From the human T2T-CHM13v2.0 reference genome, Homo sapiens: 64,000 nt of DNA. Below, piece by piece: positions 52,506 to 64,000 of this stretch; the stretch's first letter is position 1; each line of letters starts with the position of its first letter. The translations under genes and the position numbers were made by a program. The stretch lies in NCBI RefSeq assembly GCF_009914755.1, contig NC_060928.1. One strand, given 5' to 3'. The notes under the pieces are model-generated. The model was not told the DNA's origin. It made no database searches and worked only from the letters and a program-made list of their open reading frames with translations.

Positions 52506-55007
52506 CTAGTCTCACTGTCAATAATTAATCAATCAATAAACCTTCTCTGGATACTGGAACCTCAGATTTAATTATGATTGTAGGCCCCTAGTTGATATGG
52601 GATCAATTAAATTTATAAAAGAAATTATAAACAATATACCTCATGGCTCTGATATAGCATTCTGTTTCCTTTCCACTAGGGAATTGATTGCATACTTAGC
52701 CAAATATGATCAAGGGAAATCTTTTTTCTCATCTATCTCATATCCATTAATTTTTTATACTAGTGTAGATACATATATGCACCATGTCTCACATTAGTCT
52801 ATGTTTGTCTTCTTTAAAATGATATATCAGGGTTTTGATAATAATACCTGAGAACACTCAGTTCTCTGTTAACTCTCTTTAAGTCCACAGTTTTATATGA
52901 TATACGAAAAAGTGAGATTGTTTTCTCTGCAAAATGCCCATTACAGCTTCCAATTACCTGGAAGTGGTTTGTGCCTTTACCCTGCTTTATGATTTTTTAA
53001 AATCTTAGCTAGGAGAGAGTTCAAAGGTTTCATAGCTATCCTGATGGGACTTTTTTTTTAATCCCAACTTGAGCATCACCCAAAAAAAGTATCCCCACTC
53101 AGCATAAATTTTATGTACTGCTCTCAAATATCTTTAAAGTACTGCTACTTTCCAACATAATCATGATCATCATTGTTATCCAGAATCTCCAAAAAGGTAG
53201 CATATTCTGTTGAAATAAATAGACCTCAAAATTTACCAATGCAAAATCCACAGAAGTATGTGTTTTCTCATGTAACAGTCCAGGGTGGGAATTTCAGATC
53301 AGAGACCATTCTTCTCTATGAGTGATCCATAGATTAAGATTCCTTTTATCTTGGGACATTTTATCTCCAAAGGACTGCTCAACTACATCAAGCTGGCAGA
53401 AGGGCATGAAGGAGCTATGATGGCTTGTTAAAAGTCTTGGTCTTAAAGTGGAACATAGCACTGTAGCTCACATGCAATTGTCAAAAACTTGTTACATGCC
53501 ACACCTAGCTGCAAAGATTACTGGGAAGCCAACTCCAAGATGCAGCTTTATTACTATGGGGTAGAGAAACAATTCTGAGGGACAGCTAGCTATCTTCCAC
53601 GCAGAGTAACACAGAAGGAGAATAATCTGATGAAGTGATTAAGTAGACCACACAGCCCTGAATCTAACCTTGAAATTCCTCTGCTCCCTGGAAGTTATTT
53701 TGCTGATTACCACTGAAAACAGTCTTAATGACTTTAGGGAAAGTTTGGCAACTGTGAAAGAACTAAGCTTTCTTAAATACTTGTAGGATAGCCAAGACAA
53801 GGTTAGAAGATTTGAACAAGAATTTACTGAAGAATAAAGAAAGCAGAAGTAATACAATCAGAGAAAATAGCATAAATAAAAAATAAACTAACCGAGATAA
53901 ATCTTGGGGACCTGCAGCTTGTCTGCTGGTGTTTTCAAACCAAGAGGTAATTTTTAACCTCGCACAAATGAGATGTTTCCTATTAGTCATAAGAAAATAT
54001 ACAACATGGAGGTCAGAAAAGGTGTGTGGAGCTTTCTTACCTAATATCCAAGGACTCACATCTCAACTTACATTCATGGGCTCTGAGGACCACCTCTTTT
54101 GCCATAGTAATTCACTGTGGATATAGTAAATAACCACATCCTTTATAGAAGGAATATTCCCTTAAAACAAATAGGGAATAATTTCTTTAACTCTTTTGAC
54201 TGGCCAAAAATCTACCTAGGATTTTTATTTACCTGGCTCCTTTCCCAGAATTTGAGTTGGTTGACATTGGGAATTGTGTCTTATACAGCTTTGTGTCCCA
54301 CCTCATACCTACTATGCCTACTACATGGCAGGTTCCAAACATTCTGAGTCATGCATATTGAAATAATGTAGTATACACAAAATGTATGGAAGTAAATTCC
54401 CCATTGCCTATAGGATAAAAGTGCAAAATTTATAAAATTAATTTTATGAAGCCCTTCTCCAACTGGTTCCATCTTTTGAATCTACTCTACTAGTATTCCT
54501 TCCAAGAACCCACTATTCTAGCAGATCCACTTAGCTCAGAAAACTTCATTTGCCTTATGACCAGAGAGGGAGAAAATCTTTAATAATGAACTGTGAGCCA
54601 AAATGAAGTACTATTATTTCCATAAAAGAAATCTTTGCATATAAAAAATTATTATAGCATAATGAAATAATATTTTTAAATCCCTTAATTTAACGTTTTC
54701 AGAAGTTGTCTTGGTGACTTAACAATTGGGATTTGATGAAGCTACTTCTTAAAATCAATATTCTGCACACCTGTTGTTTTCTTTCACTTCTAATTAAATA
54801 TTGATACGTTGTTATCACAATGCTGACCTTCATATTCAAAGCTGGTACTTTTAACCTACCAACACAGTAGGTCACATGCTTTGAGCTGTTTTTCCAGCTA
54901 TCTTTACTCTCTTACCTTGTCTTTCTAATGACTAACAGGAGGCACTTATGGAATGGCTGGCCACTGTTAAGGACAAAAACTGTGACAATTGAGGATAATG
55001 AAAATAA

Positions 55008-55079
55008 TGGGTTCACAGGGTTAAACCCATTACGTTGGCCTCATTAACACCATATTCAAATCAACTAAGCTAATCAAGC
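55008..55079 (-). pseudogene. Degenerate tRNA-Ile(AAT)-derived element (tRNA pseudogene or MamSINE1-like head)
   Basis: The minus strand reads GCTTGATTAGCTTAGTTGATTTGAATATGGTGTTAATGAGGCCAACGTAATGGGTTTAACCCTGTGAACCCA, collinear with tRNA-Ile GGCCGGTTAGCTCAGTTGGTTAGAGCGTGGTGCTAATAACGCCAAGGTCGCGGGTTCGATCCCCGTACGGGCCA. Confidence 0.65.
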
Positions 55080-58000
55080 TTATCACATTCACATATTTTC
55101 ATATACAGTTTGGACACTAGACAAATATGTACCAAGTATTATTTTGGGCATTAATTTTTAGAATTGTTCTTTGCAAGACCAAATTTGGTCTAGCCCCATT
55201 TTAATTTACTCATGATATTTTTTCTCATCATATAAATTCTCATTTCTATAAAACTACAGCTCTAACACTCCATGGAAAGTGCTATTCCCAAACACAGAAA
55301 TCCAAACTTTCTCTGGTAGGCTAGAAAGGGAAAACTCCAGAAGAATGTTTTTTCTTCTATAGGCTCACTGACATAGCTTGATTTTTATTAGCTATTGTTT
55401 TCCTTGTACTTTCCCAAAAATATTTGGTATCCTTTGTTCATTGGATTATTAGAAAATACAAACAATAACATTCCAGATTTTGTCAAAGTATTTACTCATG
55501 AAGGAAACAATGGGTCACTTTTGCTACAAAACACCAAGTGATGGTAAATAGCTTCCAGGCACTAACAAATCTAAACTCAGATTTGTAACATGGGCCCCAA
55601 GCTGTTCTTTGGGGTCTCCCTTTTCCTTTGCCTGGCAGAATCAAAGCATTCCATGCTGGCCTTTGTCCCAGGAAAATTCTCCTTAATCATGCAACTACCT
55701 GTGTGCCTTCTGGAAAGATAAATCTCTTCAGATAGATAAGTAATGGTAAAGTAATATAAAGTGAGGAAATCCTGTGGTGAAATTTGTAGTTAAGAGCTAA
55801 CCAGGAAACACTTTGTCCACAGTGCTCAGTGTGCCAGTAGTCCGTGTTCCCCTGACAGCAGTCCAGAATGTGGCGGTGTCACTTCCTTCTGCTGTCGGCC
55901 ATTCTCTTCTGCACACAAGTCTTCTTAGACAGAATTTATAGGACACTGGAAATCAAGTAACATAGTCCCCTATCTCAATTCTTCGAATTCTCTATCAAAA
56001 CTCCAAACTCAGTAACTTAGGAAACCAATGTTCTATTAATACTTCGCTCAACAGGAAGAAGTGGACCTTTTATTTAAAACAAGCTTACATGCAGACACTG
56101 GACATTTTATTAAGAGGCCTCTGAATCTTCAAATTGCTAGACAGGACTTACCCAGTTAGAAAAAAAAATCTTCAATTTTTAATAATAGAGTTACTTCAAG
56201 AATGTACCTTGTAAAGACATAAAATTAGGTTTATAAAAGTCATATTGTTAAGCTCTGTGAAACTCCAAAATTAAATCTGTCTTAAACCATTTCCTATTAT
56301 ATAATATCACCATTTTTGAATTTGCCATTTTTAAGTAGAATAAAGAAATTTTTACAAAATGGTTGTGAACACAAAAATTATATTTTTTTCCCTGGAGATT
56401 TTAGACTTCCAGTGTAACCTAGATATCTCCATTTGCAAAAGTTCAGGTTTCTTAATATTAGTCTCAATATTTTATTTGAAATCAAAGCCACTCTTCATGC
56501 TTGTTTTTTTTTAAGTGTGTTTCCATTTAGTTTATCTTCAATTAACTCCCTTTTTAAAAAAGGAATTCTATTTTTCTTTGTTGAGAGGAAGAATTCAAGA
56601 TAATATCCCTGAGTTGTTAACGTTCAGTCCAGAAAGGTTTTTTTCCTTCCCAGTGCTGACCTTTGTTATGCCGTAGTTATAGCAACAAGAAGAGTTCCTT
56701 CTGTCTGTCTGTTGTGTTCTCTTTCCAAACTAATGACAGTCTTTTATATGCTGTTGTGCAGTATGGGGAATGCTTTACGTGCATTGATTTCTTGATTTAC
56801 TGATGCATTTAGCTAAACCAGCAATTTGAATGGAAATTTTTTAAATAAATGCAATTAATTGAAATGGAATTTGCACATTATATATGTTATTTATGGAATA
56901 CAGATCATTCATTTAGGCATTTTTCTAGATTGTCTTTGAGCTTCCCTGACCAACTTGCAGTTTAACTTCTCAGTGATGAAGTTTATTTATCCTATCATTA
57001 TATCTTCTTAGTCGAAACAGAAAGAAAGCAAAAAGAGAGAGAGAGCCCCTTCTAGGGGAGTAACATGATGTAAGAACACTTAGTTTTTCTGCCAACCTGG
57101 GTCATACAATCATTATGACCTTGGGCATTCTACCTCTCATTTTACCGATCTGGAATATCACTTTAATTACAGTAATTACCTATCTCACAGGGTTTGTGAG
57201 GTTTAATTAATGTTAGCAAAGTGTTGTAGCTATTTAGTAGAGCAGTACTATAAAAAGCAAACTACCTGAAAATCACAACTATGTTCTCCCCACATAGTAC
57301 TTAATTTTACACAATCCTTTTCTTTTTCCTTCAGAGTTAATTTAACATTTATTGCTTTTTTTTTTCTGTTCACTCCATATCTACATCTATGGTCTTTGCT
57401 ACTTGAGACTTACTTTGGATGTAAAACATAGCCTCTGTCCCACTTTTGTTAGATTGCACGATCACCTCCAGGAGCTCAACATTTCTGAATCTAACTGGAT
57501 TGGGATTAACAGTAGTATCTGAGCAAGTAGCTGTGGCTACACACTTCCTTTAAGTCCAGTTATAAACTGCCAGTTAACAATATGAGTTTGGTTCTCAAAT
57601 ACCTTTTGTTTGGAACCATGGTGTTAAACAAACTCAATTAGACTTCCAGTTTTTTTCATAAGTTGGAAGTTCTGAAAGTATTGTGTCTACATTCCATCCT
57701 GGAAATAGTAGCTGTAGCTATTATTAGTGATGGAGTCTCCAGTTTGCCGGCACTTTTAGCATTCCCTGCTGTCTGACACTTGCCCACCTAAGCATTGGAA
57801 TTTGTAACTCAAGGCATCTAAGTACGCTTGTGCTAGCTGTTCACTGCACAACAATGCCTGGCCAAATGGGCAAGTAGGAGCTGGAATCCAGCCCATTGCT
57901 TTGCTTGCCAAGCCATGTTCTGGTGGGTCTAATTAGCAAAAAGGCATTCTAGGGGCTAGAAATGGCCTTATCAGTATCCCCATTATAGGCCAATTAAGTA

Positions 58001-60479
58001 AAGCAATGAACATTGCAGCCACCTTTATTCATATTAAAAAGTTAGCATCTCATCTTTGAAATTATATCCCACAAGATTATATTTAGATTAATATTAAAAT
58101 CATATTCAATTTTATCTTTATCCCTTTTTTGTGAACCAATTTCACCTAAAACATATTCCAATATGAACTAATTTTCAAATAGGATGTAAATAATATGAAA
58201 TTTTCAATTGTATGAACTCATTACCACTGAATCAGGAGTTATGTTTCATTGAATATCAACAAAATGACTAGTAATGTGAGTTGGATCGTCGTAATAACAT
58301 TGTATTTCTTTCTTTGGGAACAACTACTCTTTAAAAAGAGGGAGACACTGTTCAGACCCCAGTTCTTTCTGTTATCTGCTAACATTTTATAATGGTAGCA
58401 CTGCTTGAAAGAGCAGTTGTTTTTACCAATTTGTAACTTGGCTCTTTTAAAATGCATGATGATACGATGGCATTTCCTTTAAAATGTTTCTATTTTAAAA
58501 CATATCCTATTCCTGTAATTCTTGGCTACTTTGTATTAGTGAAAAAGAAACAACTCTGTTACCTAATGGGAACACTGATTGATTTACATACCTTTCTTTA
58601 GCAAGTATCAAGAGTCCAAAATTTGAAGAATGTCCAACAAAAGCTAGCCTCTAGATATTTTACTGCATGCTAATCTCCTTGCAGAGGAAATCCAGACAGG
58701 TATATTCATTTGTTATAGAAAACAAAATAACTTTATTCTTTAATAAAGAATAGATAGAAAGAAGGTTTTGAGAATTCTGAGTACATGTAAGAGAAAATTA
58801 CTCAAACTGGCTTAAATGATGAGGTCTCTTGTAGGGCAGACTCCAGGCAAGGAACAACCTGTGTGGCTTATAGATATCACACATAATATAGGCTTCTTCC
58901 ATCTCTTTGCTCATCATTCCTATTATCTTATTTTTTCCTTCAAGCAGTTCCCTCACAGTTACTGCTCCAACATCATAATCTATGCATAAAAAAGCGTTAG
59001 GGAAAAGAAAAGGACTTTCTTTTTTTTATGCGTTTTTGTCTTTAGAGTGAGGAACTTTCCTAGAAGCACCATCACTGACTTCCGCTAAGATCCAATTACC
59101 CAAAATTGAGTTACCTGATGACACATAAACCAACCATTTTCAAAGAGAATGAAATTGTCTTATTCTTAATAAGTATCTACCAGCCCTGGAACTAGAGGTG
59201 TAATCATTCTGAAACACATGACGGTGTGAAGGATAGGAAATACCTGAACATAGCCATGATTTGTTTAAGAAGGAAGAAGAAGATAGGGGATTGGATGGTT
59301 GTTGGTGAGACCAGTATCAGTATCCGTTGTCTTATATAAGTCTATTATCACTTGATTTTTATTGTCTTAGAAAAACTAACCAGCCCTAAATCTCATGAAG
59401 CATGCCAGATTACATATAATAAGAGAAAGTCAGTTTATGGATGCCAGCTCTTTATTATGAGTTAATTAATGAATTATAATTACAGCCATGAATGCCTATA
59501 AGCAGGATTTATTTTTAGCAACATGGCTTTCCTGGCAAAGTTTTGATTTACTGACCTATCTTTATTGAAACTTATCTCATGTTCATCATTACAGACCTTT
59601 TATACTATGTTACATAAATCAGGGAGTATCTGAGCTTGATCTATAAGGTATAGGGCTATAGGATGTGAGGAGAAAGCAAAGAGAATGAGGAAGTTAAAAG
59701 AAATTAAGAGAAACAATTTAAAAAATGGCAAGGTACATCTATTTCCATAATTAAGTACATCTGGTATATTTTCATCTTATACCTTCTACTGGCCATTAAA
59801 ACTATTACCTTAACATATTTGCAAGTAATCAGAAGCAAAGTAAATAGCCAGTCCTTAAAATTTCAAGTTGATCCCCAAACTGACTCAAATTTGCAAAAAT
59901 CTGGCATAATTTAAAAGTAAATAAATAGAAGCAACACTTAGCAGAAGGTTCCTAACATAAACAAAGCTGTGCACGTTTTGTTTATTTATGGGATCTATGC
60001 AAAGTGTCATATTCATTTAAAAATATTCAGCACGAGAGTGATTGATTTTAAAAATTGAATAGAATTAAGAAACATAGGCATTCTTTAAAATTTAAAGTTC
60101 TGTAAAAGAAAGAATGGCTATTTTTTCTAGTATTATACTTGGGAAAACATTTTTCTCCTTTATGTCTGTTCAGATTTTTTTAAACATTGACTGTGAGAAA
60201 AATAGCCAGCATTTTATTCAAAAGTGCATTTTAATTGGGATGTAGCAAACCCCAATATTCATGTAATACCTGTATGTTGCTCCAGATTAAGTGTTAAATA
60301 TTAAGTATGAAATCTCCTAAATTAATCTTTTTTATTCAATATATTTTTATAGCATTCTTAAAAGACAAAACATGTTAAAATCCCTATCCTTATAGAACTT
60401 ATATTCTACTGTCATCTTAATTCAACTAATAGCCATTTACTCTTTCTTTCCAGCCTGGATTATTCTTTATCATATTTTA

Positions 60480-61250
60480 ATTGAATAAGTATTTTTTGAA
60501 CACGTTATATGCATGACATAATGTCAAGTACTGAAGGAATGAGAAATTTCCTTGAAAAACTAATAATTTAATAGAGGGTACTCAGACAGGAAACACACAC
60601 AGTTCTAATATTACATTTATCTCACCTCTTCTATAAAAAGAAGAATTTAAGTAAGTAGAGTGTAATAAAAACCAGATCCTGAAAATTTCTATATTGTAAG
60701 TATCAATGTAGTGCATTAAAAGCAACGAGGAAGGACTGGATAATTTGGAGGTCTGGGATGCTCCTGAGGAAAACCTCACAAAAGAAGTATTTGAAGTGGA
60801 ATGACTAACGGAGAAGGGGAGAAAGAATATTTGGCATAAAGGACAGGGTGTAAGCAAAAGCTGGGGGAACACAAGTGCATAGCAGAGCCCAGAAGTGGTA
60901 CATTGTTGATTGTGGCTGCAGTAATGATACATCAAAAAGAGACAAGTGATGGGAAATGAGACCCAGAAAGAATACTGTTAAATTGCATATAGCCTTTAAG
61001 GTTATGCTGAGGAAAAAGACTTGCTTAGGGGTAAAAAGAGGCCAATAAATGTTGTTTATGTCAGGAGGTCTATGCTCACTTGTGTTTTTTTGTTTATTTT
61101 TGTTTTCAAGTATCCTTCTGACTTACACTGGGGAAGATGGTTTAGAGGAGGTGAAACATTTTGTCCTTTAGCAGCGTTTTAGATAAAGATCCCAGCAACA
61201 GGATGGAATAGGAGGGAGACAATATAGACAATTTGAGGAAAACCTAGAGT
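60480..61250 (-). mobile_element. L2 fragment (minus)
   Basis: Starts with an inverse L2 tail (aataagtattttttgaacac..tat..gtcaagtactg) followed by a purine-rich body. Confidence 0.55.
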
Positions 61251-61999
61251 TTATTTGAAGGAAAGATGAACTTCAGAGGACAAGAAGGGTGATTCACAAA
61301 AAGTCATCTGGAAGGGAGATGTTAACCAAAAAAAAAAAAAAAAAAAATCCCAAAAGCAAGGATATTCCTAAATTGAGTGAACCATTGATGCTGAAGGATC
61401 TACAAAGGCTTGAAAGAAGCTTCTAGGGGCAATTCTAGAGTTGTGCTAAGAGCAGTTTTTAACCACTAGTTGGTTTGGGAAGAGATGGGAAACTCCTATT
61501 TCTACTGTTGCTTGGAGTACAACGTCAAGGGGATTGGCTTCTGCTCATTTGTGTGCCAAAACTATGGTTATTTCATGATTTATTTTATGGGAAATTATTA
61601 TTTATTTTATGTCAAAAAACAGAAAAACTAGAGGCTTTTGCTACATATTTGAGCTTGCCCCAGATTGAAACCAATAAATGTGGCAATAAGAAAAACTTGT
61701 CAGTAAACAGTTTCAAAGACCTAATGGTTACATGGATAACTGTGCAGTCAAGATCATCCCTTTTCTGATCTTCACACTGTCATCAGGATGATTTATGGGA
61801 GAAGAGAATCCCATAAATTCTAACCTTTGCATACTCCCCAACACTTACCTCCTCCAATACTGGCCAAAGACCATTAGGACTCATCTCTTTATATACTTTT
61901 TCACTATTGTGTCAGTCACAGCCATAAACCCTGGCTTCCTAGAGCATTGTTGATTTTCACATTCCAGTTTCTATATATAGCTCCGTATATCCACCTTTT

Positions 62000-63896
62000 A
62001 GTAGCCATCTCCTGACACCGTTGATTCTTGAGAATGAGTGTCTGCCATCAGCAAAGCCCCCGTGTTCTCAATAACTTCTCTGAAAATTCCCTTCATCTTG
62101 CTCTTGTTGAAATGTGGTTCTTTGGGAAGCACTTGCATGCTCTGTAGTGCTCTCAAATGGTGATCATGGGGAAGGTTCCTTCTTGCTCTTCATTGTCATT
62201 TCCAGACTGTTCCATGCTATTCAAGCCCCATTCTCCACTGCTGTAACAGTAATGCCATAAGACTATGCTCCCTACTTCTGTTCCTTGTTTAAATCATCTA
62301 AAGGATTGAAGGGCTCTCCTCAGTCTATGAAAACTTTAGCTGTAACTCTTGGCTCACACCACCACAACTCTTTCCTTGATTCTGAGTGTTTTCAGTATTT
62401 AGCCATATAATTCTTCAAGTCCTCTTGCCTCCTTGATCACCTCCCTTTGATTCTTTTTTTCTCCCGCCTCCCTTCTGTCATTAAACTCTGTGGTCACACT
62501 CTAGACCCACTGTCTACTCATCACTTCCTATATTTCTAGATCACTTCCTCAAATCCTTGGCTCTCAAATATCCTTCAATTGTCCCTCCCACTGAACCTAC
62601 AATCCATTGATCCTGCTACTGTTACCCTCATCTTCCCATGCCTCTGTTTCCCTACATACTCCTCAGCTTGGTCAATCATTATAAACATTCCCTTTCAAAC
62701 ACTCTAAATTTCCCATGATCAATCATTTTGAACACTCCCTTTCCTATACTTCAATTCATTTAGCTATCTCTTGGCTAAACCCTTACTTTGGGATTTGTAA
62801 GCTGTGTTTAACCAAAGTAAACACAGTAAAGGAATGCCTGCTCCATTACCTTACCTGAATAGCCACATATGGCTGGAAAAACATTTACAAATCTAAGTCT
62901 TATGTTAGCTTCATGGTAGTTACTCAAGTGGGCCTTTAATGTTGCAGAGCAATTATATTACATTTACTCTTCCTTTTTCTTTCTGTTTTATATCTTCTTT
63001 TTTCAAACCTCTAACACATCTCCCTGTTCTTTATGCAAGTTTCTACTTCACTGTGTTCATAGAAACTACTAGAATAGCAGTTTCCATGAGCTCCTGCTAT
63101 CATATCTACTTACCTTCTAGTATCTGTATACAGACATTCTTCCTTTCCTCCCACTGGAATATATTCTGCATGTTTCTATTTAAAGACACCCTCTCCCATT
63201 CTCACTGGATCACACATAGAGTCTCACTCCAGCAATTCTCCCCTCTTTGTCATCATCAAACTATTCCTCTCAACTGTAGTATTACCATTAGAATACGTTT
63301 TTTAAACCATTTAAACCACATTTTTCCCTCTATCAATCACCCCATTCACTCCTTAGACAGTTAAATTTCTTAAAAGAATGGTATATACCAATGTCATAAT
63401 TTGCCTTTTTCCCTTATCTGTTGAATTGGCATTAGTCCATCTCTTTTCAAGATTTCCAGTGACTGTACCTTGTTAAATTCAAAGATGAACTTCAGTCTTC
63501 CTCTTATTTTACCCATTAGCAACATTTGATGTTCTCTTTCCAGGGCTTTTAGAAAACCAGTCCCCTGATTTATCTCCTACCTTGCTATCCTCCTAACACT
63601 GAAGTGACCCAGAGTTTAGACTTTAGACTTCTTTTCTTATCTGTTTACACTCACTATCTTTCTGATCTCATCCAATCTCATGGCTTTAAATTTCATCTGT
63701 GCCCTAGACACTCCAAAATGTAAATCTCCAGTCAATACTTTTATATCTAATTACTTTAAAATTCCAGTTAAATTATCTAAAATTGAACACCTCTCTCCCT
63801 TAACTACCCTAAAACGTGCTCTCAGTTAATGGCAACTCCATCATTCTAGTTGCTCAGATCAAAAATCTTGGGGTCATTCTTATTACTCTTTATCTC
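62000..63896 (+). mobile_element. Long degenerate L2 fragment
   Basis: L2 hallmarks: ctcatccaatctcatggctttaaatttcatctgt..., ctcagttaatggcaactccatcattctagttgctcag. Confidence 0.7.
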
Positions 63897-64000
63897 TGTG
63901 ATGGTTAATTTTATGTGTCGGAATGACTGAGCTAATAGATAGCTGGTAAAACATTATATCTGGGTGTGTCTTTGAGAGTGTTTCTGGAAGAGATTCGCAT
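63897..64000 (+). mobile_element. MLT2 (ERVL) LTR 5' end, truncated by the window edge
   Basis: TGTGATGGTTAATTTTATGTGTC...AGCTGGTAAAACATTAT.TCTGGGTGTGTCT...GTGTTTCTGGAAGAGATT.GCAT. Confidence 0.85.

Noticed and set aside
62939-63364. 141-aa ORF
   Set aside because: Lies within degenerate L2 sequence and shows no recognisable protein motifs.

Overview
Primate (human-like; contains AluY- and AluS-type elements) genomic DNA carrying the complete CXXC4 (IDAX) gene on the minus strand. The gene has a CpG-rich promoter and non-coding first exon near 49.9-50.6 kb and a GC-rich coding exon 2 (47266..45951, ATG at 47009). An ~18.4 kb intron leads to a last exon with 14 codons (27573..27529) and an ~4 kb 3' UTR ending near AATAAA at 23538..23533. 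The spliced ORF is 367 aa, with poly-Ala/poly-Gly tracts, a CXXC zinc finger, the KTxxxI Dishevelled-binding motif and a C-terminal FRWFF. A downstream ATG gives the classical 198-aa IDAX. The flanks are AT-rich and filled with Alu, L1, L2, MIR, LTR/ERVL remnants, a tRNA-Ile-derived element and simple repeats; repeat families were called by eye and their boundaries are approximate. The most interesting unexplained structures are: (1) a cryptic 56-nt exon, or intron read-through, just after the CXXC exon that encodes a second C-terminus ending EASFR(W), echoing the canonical EAFRWFF; (2) a 20-codon uORF in the 5' UTR that a strong internal 3' splice site could skip; (3) GGC repeats encoding Gly27, overlapped by an ATG-started antisense poly-Pro ORF; (4) candidate TCF/LEF and POU regulatory sites. 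No database searches were run.
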